Shown here: positions 40,457-50,051 of the stretch, piece after piece
Layout of the letters: each line of letters starts with the position of its first letter
Numbering within the stretch: the first letter of the stretch is position 1
Source of the DNA: Candidatus Acidiferrales bacterium
GTDB lineage: Bacteria > Acidobacteriota > Terriglobia > Acidiferrales > UBA7541
Length of the DNA stretch: 64,000 nt
Assembly (NCBI GenBank): GCA_035545075.1
Contig: DASZZJ010000099.1
Span: forward strand, 3,881 to 67,880
Direction: 5' to 3'
Made by a program: the position numbers and the translations under genes
Notes under the pieces: generated by a model
Databases searched by the model: none
What the model was told of the DNA's origin: nothing
Seen by the model: the letters and a program-made list of their open reading frames with translations, nothing else

Positions 40457-42964
40457 TCAGGCGCCAACCTGCGTCGTGAAGGCGAGCTGCAGCAAGGTTT
40501 TCTGCTCCAGTGCGTGCGCCTTCGCCGAGCCCGTGGCCGGGCTGGCGCTCGCCGAACGCTTCACCGATCTCACCGGCAGCCCGTGCGCAAGGCGCTCCAA
40601 CCGCGGCAGAAGATAGAAGAGCGGACCCATGTTCGCCGGCTCCTCCTGCACCCAGACGATTTCACGCGCGTTCGGATGCTGCGCGATTGCTGCGCTGATC
40701 TCCTGCCGCGGAAGAGGGTAGAGCTGGTCGAGAAAGAAGATGGCACTCTGGGTGTCTTCGCGGCGGCGGCGCTCCGCGCGCAGTTCGTGGCCCACCTTGC
40801 CGCTGGCGATGAGGATTCGCTTTGCATCGTGCACATCGCGGTCGGGCACGAGCGGCAGAAAGCGCGGCTGCGTGAACTCTTCGATTGTCGAATTGGCGTC
40901 CGGGCGGCGCAGCATGCTCTTCGGCGTCATCACCACGAGCGGCTTGCGCCACCGGCGCAGCGCCTGCCGCCGCAATAAGTGAAAATACTGTGCTGCCGTG
41001 GAGGGCTGGCAGACCTGCAGGTTGTCTTCCGCCGCGAGCTGAAGGAAGCGCTCGATGCGCGCACTCGAATGTTCCGGCCCCTGCCCTTCATAGCCGTGGG
41101 GGAGCAGCAGAACCAGGCCTGACGGAAGGTTCCACTTATCCTCGCCGGCGCTGATGAACTGGTCGATGATCACCTGTCCGGCGTTGGCGAAATCGCCGAA
41201 CTGGGCCTCCCAAAGAACTAGGGCCTCTGGATAGTCGCGGCTGAAGCCGTACTCGAAGCCGAGGCAACCGGCTTCGGAAAGAGATGAGTTGTGGGCCTCG
41301 CAGAAGGCCTGGCCTTCCTTCAAGTGCGCCAGCGGAAGATACTCTTGCTCCGTCTTCGTATCCACCAGGACCGCGTGCCGCTGGTTGAAGGTGCCCCGCT
41401 GCGTATCCTGCCCCGTCAGGCGGATGGGCGTGCCTTCCTGAAGCAGCGATCCGAAGGCGAGCGTTTCGGCAAAGGCAAAATCCACAGCGCGCTTGCCGTG
41501 GCCCATCTCGGCGCGCTGTTGCAGCAGCTTTACGATTTTCGGATGGACGTGAAATCCGTCCGGCGTGCGCACCAATTTTTCCGTGATTTCCGCGAGGCGT
41601 TCCCGCGTCACGCCGGTGTCCACTTCGTAGGAAGGGTCGTAGCGCCCGCTTTGATACGGAGTCCAATAAGGCGGCAGCTTCCGCATTTCGGGGATCTTTG
41701 TGAGCGTGCCCGCCCGGAGTTGTTCCGCTTCGTACTCGCTGCGGATCGCCCCGGCCATCTGCGCGGCGTCAACCCCGATATGCCCGGCGTAGATTTTCCA
41801 GAGCGGGGCGTGCTTCTGGATGCGCTCATAGAGCAGCGGTTGCGTAATCGTCGGGTCGTCCACTTCGCTGTGGCCGTGGCGGCGATAGCCGATGATGTCC
41901 ACCACCACCTCGCCGCCGAACTTCGCACGGTACTCCGCGGCCAGCCGCCCCACGCGCACGACGGCGTCCGGATCCTCAGCGTTGACGTGGAACACGGGCA
42001 CGGATTGCCGCTTGGCGATGTCCGAGGCAAAGCGCGAGGAATGCTCCTGCGCGGGTGGTGTCGTGAATCCGATCAGATTGTTCACGATGATGTGGATCGT
42101 GCCGCCGACGTTGTAAGCCTTGAGTTCCGCCAGGTTGAGCGTCTCCGCCCAGATGCCCTGTCCGGCAAACGCCGCGTCGCCGTGCATCACGATGGGCACC
42201 ACTTTGTTCCGCACGACATCCAGACCGCTATCCACATTGCCACGCGCGTATCGCGTCAGCTTTGCGCGGGCGCGTCCCATCGCCACGGGGTCCACCGCTT
42301 CCAAGTGGCTGGGATTCGAAACCAGGTGAATCCCGACCTTCGCTCCGCTTGAAGTGACATATGTCCCGGTGGCGCCGACGTGGTATTTCACATCGCCCGC
42401 GCCCAGGACGCTGCGCGGGTCCACGTCTTCAAATCCAGCCACGACCTCGTGCGGCGTCTTGCCTGCGGCGTGCACCATCACGTTCAGCCGCCCGCGGTGG
42501 CTCATCGCCATGACTGATTCCACCGCGCCGTTCTCCACGGCCGTGTCCAGGATCGCGTCGAGCAGCGGGATCAACGCCGTCACGCCCTCGAGTGAATATC
42601 GCTTCGTGCCCAAATAGCGCGACTGGAGAACCTGCTCGAAAAGTTCGGCCCGAATCAGGCGCTCGAGGATCTTTTTCTGGTCCACGGCCGGGGCTTGGGT
42701 TTCAATCCTCTCGGCAATCCACCGCCGGCGCTCCGGGTCGTGGAGGTGCATGAACTCCGCGCCGATCGTTCCGCAATAGTAGCGGCGCGCCTCGTCGGCG
42801 TCTTCGCCGGCCAGTCCAAGATCGGGATGCTTCAGAGGTTCGAAAAACCCGAGAGGGTCGAGAGTCGCTTCGTAATAGCCCCAACGGCGAAAAGTGTCGA
42901 AGACGCGCTCGCGCTCTTGGCTCGTTGGCCCCTTCGTTCTCCGTGCCGTTGGACTTTGTGACAT
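40457..42964 (-). CDS. sucA: 2-oxoglutarate dehydrogenase E1 (short form)
   Basis: KRYSLEG, MSHRGRLN, GDVKYH, NPSHLEAV, HGDAAFAGQG, WEAQFGDFAN, HGYEGQGPEHSSAR. Confidence 0.96.
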   Translation of the reverse strand: MSQSPTARRTKGPTSQERERVFDTFRRWGYYEATLDPLGFFEPLKHPDLGLAGEDADEARRYYCGTIGAEFMHLHDPERRRWIAERIETQAPAVDQKKILERLIRAELFEQVLQSRYLGTKRYSLEGVTALIPLLDAILDTAVENGAVESVMAMSHRGRLNVMVHAAGKTPHEVVAGFEDVDPRSVLGAGDVKYHVGATGTYVTSSGAKVGIHLVSNPSHLEAVDPVAMGRARAKLTRYARGNVDSGLDVVRNKVVPIVMHGDAAFAGQGIWAETLNLAELKAYNVGGTIHIIVNNLIGFTTPPAQEHSSRFASDIAKRQSVPVFHVNAEDPDAVVRVGRLAAEYRAKFGGEVVVDIIGYRRHGHSEVDDPTITQPLLYERIQKHAPLWKIYAGHIGVDAAQMAGAIRSEYEAEQLRAGTLTKIPEMRKLPPYWTPYQSGRYDPSYEVDTGVTRERLAEITEKLVRTPDGFHVHPKIVKLLQQRAEMGHGKRAVDFAFAETLAFGSLLQEGTPIRLTGQDTQRGTFNQRHAVLVDTKTEQEYLPLAHLKEGQAFCEAHNSSLSEAGCLGFEYGFSRDYPEALVLWEAQFGDFANAGQVIIDQFISAGEDKWNLPSGLVLLLPHGYEGQGPEHSSARIERFLQLAAEDNLQVCQPSTAAQYFHLLRRQALRRWRKPLVVMTPKSMLRRPDANSTIEEFTQPRFLPLVPDRDVHDAKRILIASGKVGHELRAERRRREDTQSAIFFLDQLYPLPRQEISAAIAQHPNAREIVWVQEEPANMGPLFYLLPRLERLAHGLPVRSVKRSASASPATGSAKAHALEQKTLLQLAFTTQVGA

Positions 42965-43061
42965 AAGAAATTCATTCTCCCACACTACGCGAGGCCGTGC
43001 GCCGCACACGACCGCAGGATGGTTCGAAGAACCGTCGCACGTTAGAACACAATCTACGGCT

Positions 43062-45629
43062 TCAAAGGGAGCGCACGCGGGATTCGAGTTCGCGCGCGAC
43101 CTCATCAGGTGGCGTTCCCGGAGGAAAGAGAACCGGAGCGCCAATCCGCACGGTGACCTCTCCGAAGCGCGCCAGCCGCCGCCGCTCGCGCTTCATCCCC
43201 CAAACGCCATCCATGCGCATCGGGACGATGGGGATGCCCAGGTTCTCGGCCAACAGGCCGATGCCGCGCTGAAACGGCGCCATCGTGCCGTCGTTCGTCA
43301 CCTCGCCTTCGGGAAAGACCAGGACGCTGTAGCCGCGGTCCACCGTTTCTCCGGCAAAGCGGAAACTCTCCCGGAATCCTGAATATTGCGGCAGCGGAAA
43401 TACGTTGAAGAGCCCCGTGGCAAGCCAGTAGCCCAACTGATAGCTCCAGCGCTTCAGGAAAAACCACTCACGCGGCGGGCGCCGCATATTCAAAAGCCTC
43501 TCGCCCCCCATCGCCGTGGCCAGCCAATGGCGGAAGCGCAACGGCAGCCCCATCAGGATCAACCCGATGTCCGCGCGCCGTGTGATGTGGTTGCACACGA
43601 CCAGCACCGGCCCGCGGAGCCCACGCAGGTTTTCCCGGCCGACAATTCTCGGATGGGCAAGGATCTGCGTCGCCGGCCACGCCAGCGCGTAGTACACGGC
43701 AAGCCGCAGCCATCGCACCAGCCCGCGCTGCGTCCAGCGCGGGTAAACGTAGTGCATGCGTTGCGCGGCCGGTTGATGCAGCAGTTGTTCCACATCGGCC
43801 ACGGTTCTTGCGTCAGCGAACGTAGTTTCGTTCAACTCGACTTGGTAGCGCTCTTCGAGGGCGCTCATCAGCTCGACGCGGTCAAGCGAGCTCAGATTCA
43901 GTTCGCGCTCCAGATGCCCCGGCAGGGAGGCTGCAGCGCCCGAGGGACGCGCAAAACGTTGCAGCAGAGCCTCCAGCGCGTTTCGGTGGCCCGCAGGCCG
44001 CGCCGCACCGCCCAGCAGCTCCGCTGCACGCGCGGCGAGCTCACCGAGCCGGGGTTTTCCCGTCGCCGTGCGCGGAAAATCCGGCTCCGGCCAGATAACC
44101 CATTCCCGAATCCGTTGATAGTCGGCGAGAGAGGCATTCGCCTGGCGAACAGCGTTCCGCGCAGCCTCCTCGCTACTGTCGGCCAGCAGCAGCACTGCGC
44201 ACGGTTCGAAATTTTCGTGGCGTTCGAGAGGCACAACGGCGCAATCACGAATGGAAGGAAAACGCCGCAGCGCCGCTTCGAGGTCTTCGGGATAGACATT
44301 CAGGCCCGCCGGCGTGACGATGACGCCCTTCTTCCTCCCACGGAGCCGCAGATTGCCTTCGGCGTCGATCTCGCCAAGATCGCCCGTCTTCAGCCAACCT
44401 TCTTCCCCGGATGGACGCAACGACCCTTTTTCCCAGTATCCTGCCGCGACATTTTCCCCGCGCACGAGGATCTCACCATCTTCGCCGAGGCGGAATTCGC
44501 GCCCCGGCAGAATCTTCCCGACCGTCCCCTGCGCCGCGCGGAAGGGATGGTTGAGGCTTATGAGCGATGCCGTCTCCGTCATCCCGTAACCCTGCACGAC
44601 GGCATACCCTATGCGGCGGAAAAAGGCCTCGGTCTCTGCTCCCAGCGCGGCCCCGCCGGAGATGAAGGCCCAGAACTTCCAGCCGAACTTCCGGTGTAGC
44701 TTGCGAAAGCGCCACACGCGGCGGAGAAAAGGCTTCCCGTCGGCGGCGGCATACCTCCGCCCAAAAGACTCACGTTTTCCCCGCGCGTCGATTTCGCGCT
44801 CGAGTCCGTTGCGCAGCGCGTCCAGCATCCGCGGCACGGCAATCAGGGCCGTTGCGCGCTCCCGCTTCACCGTGCGAATGATCTCCGCCGGATTCGCGGA
44901 GTTTTCAAACACCACGGCGGCGCCCAGCAGGGGCGGCACAAGCAGCGCCATGAACTGCCCAAAGACATGGCTGAGCGGCACGAGCGTCACAAACCGCAGG
45001 GGGTGAAACCAGCGTTCATACTTGCGGTATGCCTCCATGCCGCGCTCGACCGGTTCAAGATTCGCCAGAAAGTTGCCGTGGGTCAGGACGACGCCGCGCG
45101 GCTCGCCTGTCGTTCCGCTGGTGAACAGGATTTGCGCGATGTGACTTCGCGTGAGGGGTTCATCGGCTAGTTTTTCCAGAAGATAATGCCCAGCTTCGCC
45201 GGGCGCCTCGGTCCCGGCCGCGGGGACAAGGCAAGGGGCTCTGCCGCCGACATCCTCCAATTTGAGAATGTTCACGGAAGGCGCAGTTGCCGAATTCCAC
45301 CGCGAAACGACGGTCAGCTTGACGGCAGCATCGGCCGCAACGCGCGCTGCAAATTCGGGCGTGGCGCCGGCGTCGATCGGCACGATCACCGCTCCGCGCA
45401 GGATGCAACCCCAAAAGGCTGTCACCCATTCCGCCGAATTCGGGCCCCAGAGGAGGACGCGATCGCCGGTGCAAAGCCCGCGCTTTCTCAACTCGATGGC
45501 GAAGCGCACCGCGCGGCGTGCCAGTTCGGCATAGGTCCACACCTCACGCCGGTAGCCCCAGCGCTGCACGATGGCGGGGCCCCCGCCAAATTGTTGAAAC
45601 CGGGCGAAAAAGTAAGCTAGCGAATCCAT
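43062..45629 (-). CDS. Acyl-CoA synthetase - acyl carrier domain - PlsC-type acyltransferase fusion
   Basis: FTSGTTGEPRG, QGYGMTE, TGDLG; carrier-like LSSLDRVEL; NH..D, VFPEG, IPIVP. Confidence 0.88.
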   Translation of the reverse strand: MDSLAYFFARFQQFGGGPAIVQRWGYRREVWTYAELARRAVRFAIELRKRGLCTGDRVLLWGPNSAEWVTAFWGCILRGAVIVPIDAGATPEFAARVAADAAVKLTVVSRWNSATAPSVNILKLEDVGGRAPCLVPAAGTEAPGEAGHYLLEKLADEPLTRSHIAQILFTSGTTGEPRGVVLTHGNFLANLEPVERGMEAYRKYERWFHPLRFVTLVPLSHVFGQFMALLVPPLLGAAVVFENSANPAEIIRTVKRERATALIAVPRMLDALRNGLEREIDARGKRESFGRRYAAADGKPFLRRVWRFRKLHRKFGWKFWAFISGGAALGAETEAFFRRIGYAVVQGYGMTETASLISLNHPFRAAQGTVGKILPGREFRLGEDGEILVRGENVAAGYWEKGSLRPSGEEGWLKTGDLGEIDAEGNLRLRGRKKGVIVTPAGLNVYPEDLEAALRRFPSIRDCAVVPLERHENFEPCAVLLLADSSEEAARNAVRQANASLADYQRIREWVIWPEPDFPRTATGKPRLGELAARAAELLGGAARPAGHRNALEALLQRFARPSGAAASLPGHLERELNLSSLDRVELMSALEERYQVELNETTFADARTVADVEQLLHQPAAQRMHYVYPRWTQRGLVRWLRLAVYYALAWPATQILAHPRIVGRENLRGLRGPVLVVCNHITRRADIGLILMGLPLRFRHWLATAMGGERLLNMRRPPREWFFLKRWSYQLGYWLATGLFNVFPLPQYSGFRESFRFAGETVDRGYSVLVFPEGEVTNDGTMAPFQRGIGLLAENLGIPIVPMRMDGVWGMKRERRRLARFGEVTVRIGAPVLFPPGTPPDEVARELESRVRSL

Positions 45630-45804
45630 TTAAGTCCCAAGTAGAGCAAACCGGGTTCCGATTCTACGCCCCCTGCCGGGCCACCGTGGAGGTGGGGAAG
45701 AGAGTATTCCGACCACTAATCTACTGCTGCGGCGCTACGGTATCTAACTCGCTTAAATTCTTATAGTTACATAAAGCGGCGGCGTTCTTCACCTCCTCCG
45801 GCTG

Positions 45805-45833
45805 TAGACAATTTGGCCAATTTGTTGTATGCT
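45805..45833 (+). promoter_or_regulatory. Probable cold-shock gene promoter
   Basis: TAGACA-17 bp-TATGCT, about 170 nt upstream of the csp start. Confidence 0.55.
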
Positions 45834-46003
45834 TTTTATGCGTTTGTTGCTCTTGTATTACCTTTTGACTCGTTCAAGGGGCCGCAAGAACAAATTTGCT
45901 GGCCCTTTTTTTGCGGTCTGGAGGCTGCCAAGCCGCCGGAGACTCCCGGCAGTGAGGCGCAAGAGAGACAAATAGATTCTAGAAAAGAATGAGGAAACAA
46001 GAA

Positions 46004-46207
46004 GTGAAGGAACAAGGAACAGTTAAGTGGTTCAATGCTTCGAAGGGCTACGGGTTCATCCAGCGCCAGAGCGGTGAAGATGTATTCGTCCATTTCTCGG
46101 CGATCCAGATGGACGGTTACAAGTCCTTGAACGAGGGTCAGACGGTGGAATTCGAAGTGACGACGGGCCCAAAGGGCCTGCAGGCGGAGAACGTCACCAG
46201 CGTTTAG
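46004..46207 (+). CDS. Cold-shock protein (CspA family)
   Basis: [34 protein letters not shown]. Confidence 0.97.
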   Translation: MKEQGTVKWFNASKGYGFIQRQSGEDVFVHFSAIQMDGYKSLNEGQTVEFEVTTGPKGLQAENVTSV

Positions 46208-46311
46208 TGTGGGTTTGGGTCATTCCGGTTGTGGCCGTGACGCCCACCACAGAAAGCGCTCCAGCCTCTGCGATGGTCCGGGATCGGCCGAGCAATTCTA
46301 AGGAGGATATC

Positions 46312-46557
46312 GTGCAGGTACTACAGGAAGGCCAGAACCTCAAGCACGGGGTGTACGGTTTAGGCGTGGTGACCTCGTCGGATCTCGAGCGCACCGCGAT
46401 TGATTTCGAAGACCACGGTCCCAAGCTCTTTGTGACCAGCATCATGACCGCTGAGCTCATCGGAGAGGCCCCGGCTAATCCGGTCAAGCCCAAGCGGCGC
46501 CGCAAGCCTTCCGCGTCCGCGAAATCTGCGAAAAAGGCCGCCGCAACAGCCCGCTAA
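46312..46557 (+). CDS. Small protein, Tudor/SH3-like domain with a basic Lys/Ala tail
   Basis: AAGGAGG RBS + GTG; KHGVYGLGVV..IDFEDHGPKLF; tail KPKRRRKPSASAKSAKKAAATAR. Confidence 0.7.
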   Translation: MQVLQEGQNLKHGVYGLGVVTSSDLERTAIDFEDHGPKLFVTSIMTAELIGEAPANPVKPKRRRKPSASAKSAKKAAATAR

Positions 46558-46786
46558 GGGCCGTTCCAACTCGATGCGTCAATGTGTACGTCAGACCAAA
46601 CCGCCATCGCTCTGGGCGGACGGATCGGTTTAGCTCCGATCATTTAAGACGCCACTAGGGTATTTCACCCGACAATCCAGGCACTTCCTGTGCCCACCCG
46701 CCGCGCCGTGCTGTTGGACAACTGGAGCAACGCCGCCCCAAATTAACTACGGCGTGCCGCGCCGCTCGAACGATGGCCGGAGGTTT

Positions 46787-47698
46787 CTATCGGTGGACGG
46801 ATGCGGTCTGTTCGAAGGCGTGATAGGAAGAGCGCACGAGCGGGCCCGATTCAACGTGCTGGAAGCCCAAGGCTTCGCCGAGCAGTTTGAACTCGGCGAA
46901 TTCGTCCGGATGCACATAGCGGAAGATCGGCAGGTGCTCGGGCGTCGGCTGAAGATACTGGCCCAGCGTCAGGAGGTCCGTGCCCTGTGCGGCAAGTTCC
47001 TGCATGGTGGCGAGCACTTCGCTCTTCTCCTCACCGAGACCCAGCATCAAGCCAGTCTTTGTCGGCACTTCCGGATGGGCTTCCTTCGCCCGCCGCAGCA
47101 GTTCGAGCGACCTCTCGTACACGGCTCCCTTGCGCACCTGCCGGTAAAGCCGCGGCACCGTCTCCGTATTGTGGTTGAGCACGTCCGGGCGGGCCGCCAG
47201 GACCACATTCAATGCCCCCCAATCCCCGCGAAAATCCGGGATCAGGACTTCGACTTTGCAGCCCGGCACGCGCCGGCGGATCTCATGGATGGTGCGCGCG
47301 AAGAGATGTGCGCCGCCGTCGGGCTGGTCGTCGCGGTTCACCGAAGTGACCACCGCATAGCGTAAACCCATTCGCTCGGCCGCTTCCGCTACCCGGTGGG
47401 GTTCGTCCTCATCGGGCGGGCCAACCGGCTTCCCCGAAGGCACGGCGCAGAACCCGCACGCCCGCGTGCAGATGTCGCCCAGAATCATGAACGTCGCTGT
47501 GCGGTGCTCCCAGCACTCGCCCATGTTCGGGCAGCGCGCGCTCTCGCATACTGTGTGCAGTCCGAGCGTGCGCATGATGCGCTTAAGATCCTGATAGTTC
47601 TGCCCGCCGAAAAACTTCACCCGCAGCCAATCCGGGCGCGGATGCGCCTGCGGCGGCGGCACGGGCTGATGCGGGAGTATATGGAAAGGAGACGCCAT
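46787..47698 (-). CDS. lipA: Lipoyl synthase
   Basis: [32 protein letters not shown]. Confidence 0.97.
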   Translation of the reverse strand: MASPFHILPHQPVPPPQAHPRPDWLRVKFFGGQNYQDLKRIMRTLGLHTVCESARCPNMGECWEHRTATFMILGDICTRACGFCAVPSGKPVGPPDEDEPHRVAEAAERMGLRYAVVTSVNRDDQPDGGAHLFARTIHEIRRRVPGCKVEVLIPDFRGDWGALNVVLAARPDVLNHNTETVPRLYRQVRKGAVYERSLELLRRAKEAHPEVPTKTGLMLGLGEEKSEVLATMQELAAQGTDLLTLGQYLQPTPEHLPIFRYVHPDEFAEFKLLGEALGFQHVESGPLVRSSYHAFEQTASVHR

Positions 47699-47783
47699 AA
47701 AGGGGGCTCAAGAGCCTTAGTCTACCGCGTCCCGGTAGCGCCCTCAACTCGCAGGTCTAGAAACTCCCTCCATGGAACTCTAA

Positions 47784-48713
47784 TTAGCTTTGTTTTGCAT
47801 ACTTGTCGGGAGCGGCGTCGAACTTTCCCTTGCAAACCTCCGCCATTTGACAGAAGTAGTAGGTCTTACCCTTGTAGATGGACGTTGCCTTCTTCGCTGA
47901 ATCGGACGGCATCCCACAAACCGGGCAGGTCAGCGCCTGGGCATAGATCGCGTTCGAGCTTGGGTCCTTCCACCCTTGGCCCTGATACTCCAGGTTGTAG
48001 GCGGTGTCTTCCGCTACTTTCCTCCCAAAATATCTTTCGACCACACGCAAGGCAAGATCGAGGCCTGAGGCCAGGCCCCCAGACGTAGCAAGGTTGCCTT
48101 CCTCGACAAACCGAACGCCGCGTACGAGATGGACCTTGGGAAACTCCTTGGCGAAGTCCTTGTATGCATCGTGGTGAGTGGTGGCCGACTTCCCGTTCAA
48201 CAGCCCAGTTCTCGCCAGCACGTATGCGCCCACGCAAACCGACATGGTTAGGTCGGCACCTACCGATGATTTGCGAATCCATTGCAGCCTTGCTTCAGAG
48301 GCATCCTGCGCTGGAATCACGATAATTTTAGGTTGTGGGGCAGTTTCATAGGTGTAATCAGGCACGACGGTCAAACCCGATTCTGTGACTAACGGAGCCT
48401 TGGTCTCCGCGACGGAATATTGATGAAACGGCGACGTCATATCAACGCCGGGAAGCATTACGGAGCCGAAAATACCCCAAGGTCCCGTAAAGTCAATGTC
48501 GATCACTCCGCGGGAAAGTGGATATGCGACCGTGATACTCCCGCTCTTGGGAGGTTTCAGAGGGTTCTGAGCGGCTGCTGATACGGACGATTCCGCGCCA
48601 CCGATCCATGCCGAGGCGCCGAGACCGGCGATCCTCTTAGCGGCCAGTGAAAATGGAACCGCAGCCATGAAGCCGGCAGCGGCAGATCTTTTGAGCAATT
48701 CTCTTCGATTCAT
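47784..48713 (-). CDS. Tat-exported DJ-1/PfpI-family protein with C-terminal YHS domain
   Basis: MNRRELLK Tat motif; SVCVGAYVLA, ATTH, TSGG; CPVCGM..YKGKTYYFC..C..KF. Confidence 0.85.
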   Translation of the reverse strand: MNRRELLKRSAAAGFMAAVPFSLAAKRIAGLGASAWIGGAESSVSAAAQNPLKPPKSGSITVAYPLSRGVIDIDFTGPWGIFGSVMLPGVDMTSPFHQYSVAETKAPLVTESGLTVVPDYTYETAPQPKIIVIPAQDASEARLQWIRKSSVGADLTMSVCVGAYVLARTGLLNGKSATTHHDAYKDFAKEFPKVHLVRGVRFVEEGNLATSGGLASGLDLALRVVERYFGRKVAEDTAYNLEYQGQGWKDPSSNAIYAQALTCPVCGMPSDSAKKATSIYKGKTYYFCQMAEVCKGKFDAAPDKYAKQS

Positions 48714-48840
48714 ATTAAGTGTCCTCAGTTCTTGGAGTTGCTTCTCGTGCCAATGCTGTGTTGGCGAACTACAACTGCTCGGCAACGTGCGCCGCCACAT
48801 CCCGCACCGGTCTACCGGTCACCGTCTTCATGCTGTGTTC

Positions 48841-48890
48841 TCATTCTTGCCGGAGCGCGGTGACCGGATCGATTGCCTCCCCCGTGCCGC
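48841..48890 (-). pseudogene. Remnant 3' end of a MacB/FtsX-type ABC permease gene
   Basis: Reads ..AIDPVTALRQE-stop, the typical C-terminus of these permeases, with no upstream gene body. Confidence 0.5.
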
Positions 48891-49481
48891 TTAAGAGCCT
48901 CCTACCCCATGGTGGCCGCCGTGGCGCAATTGCGCGTAGGTGGCGATTTGCTCCTTCGTCAGCAATTTGGCAGCCGCCAGGTGCCCGCGCAGGTGAACCC
49001 AGCGCAACTCCCCGCGCAGTGAGGCCACCCGAAGAACCTGCTCGCGCAATTCCGCCTCGGGCCGGTTATCGCGGAACCTCCGTTCGAGTTCGTCCTCGGC
49101 TTGTAGAACCTCTTGGCCGCGGGCCAGTGCTTGCTGTTTCATCTCGTCGAATAGCTTTTGTACGGCGGCAGTCTGATCGGGGGTGAGTTTGAGTTCGGTT
49201 TGCAGGTCCAGGATGTGCCTCGGACCTGGGTAACCGTTGTGGTCCGCCGCGAAAGCCATTCCGAAGCCCTCGCCGCGCCCGATCGCCCCACGCTCCTCAT
49301 CGAGGAGCGCGTGATGGCGCTGCTCCGCCGATTGGGCCAGCGCCCCGGCGGCCGTGTCCTGATTCTTCGCGGCGTGCTGATGCATATCTTGCATGGAGCA
49401 GGGAGACTGCATGTCTTGCTGTGCTTGCTGGGGGAAAAATGCGAGCCAGGCCAGCAACGTGATGCTGAAAACGTAGTTCAT
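48891..49481 (-). CDS. Periplasmic Spy/CpxP/ZraP-like protein, His-rich
   Basis: Signal peptide, NGYPGPRH, LKLTPDQ and LLTKEQ (LTxxQ) motifs, C-terminal HGGHHG. Confidence 0.8.
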   Translation of the reverse strand: MNYVFSITLLAWLAFFPQQAQQDMQSPCSMQDMHQHAAKNQDTAAGALAQSAEQRHHALLDEERGAIGRGEGFGMAFAADHNGYPGPRHILDLQTELKLTPDQTAAVQKLFDEMKQQALARGQEVLQAEDELERRFRDNRPEAELREQVLRVASLRGELRWVHLRGHLAAAKLLTKEQIATYAQLRHGGHHGVGGS

Positions 49482-49954
49482 GACTTTTTTCTCCTGTACT
49501 TTTGGAGGAGCCCCTTGGTTCTGGCCGGGTGTTCCTTTCCGGCCAGGGAGTCCAGCAAATAGGCTTTTTGCCCTGGAGGTGTCTTCCGCAAACGAGTGGC
49601 CCAATCCCGCGCGAGCTTTGCCAAGAAAGCTTTGAGCTCCTGCAGGCGCAGAATCTGTTGATCGAGTGAGCGAATCTTCTGCCGCGCCAGGGAATGGACC
49701 ATGCGGCAGGGCGCGCCACCGTGTTCCCGCAGGCCGAGGATGCGGGCCAGTTCGGCCAGCGAAAAACCGGCGCGGACCGCGCTTTGCAATACGAGCACTC
49801 GATTAAGAGAAACGGCGGAGTAGACCCGGTAACCGTTGCTTGCGCGCGGCGGACGTACTAGGACACCGATACGCTCGTAGTGGCGAAGCGTGTCCGTGCT
49901 AACCCCGGCCAGCCGGGCCAGTTCTCCGGAACGATAGACCTTCTCTCTCGTCAT
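49478..49954 (-). CDS. MerR-family transcriptional regulator
   Basis: GELARLAGVSTDTLRHYERIG..NGYRVY, GFSLAEL, APC; stop overlaps the next start (ATGA). Confidence 0.92.
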   Translation of the reverse strand: MTREKVYRSGELARLAGVSTDTLRHYERIGVLVRPPRASNGYRVYSAVSLNRVLVLQSAVRAGFSLAELARILGLREHGGAPCRMVHSLARQKIRSLDQQILRLQELKAFLAKLARDWATRLRKTPPGQKAYLLDSLAGKEHPARTKGLLQKYRRKKS

Positions 49955-49970
49955 GCGGTCACCTGATACC

Positions 49971-50002
49971 AGTGTGGACCCTGGAATGCGTTTCAGGGTC
50001 AA
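49971..50002 (-). promoter_or_regulatory. MerR-type long-spacer promoter with dyad operator
   Basis: TTGACC-20 bp-CACACT; dyad GACCCTGGAA-TGCG-TTTCAGGGTC at 49977-50000. Confidence 0.8.
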
Positions 50003-50051
50003 GCACTAATTTAGATGCACGGAGACGACAAGCAGCGCGCAAGAGAGATTC

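Noticed and set aside
48769-48831. 20-aa ORF MKTVTGRPVRDVAAHVAEQL
   Set aside because: No clear RBS and too short to support.
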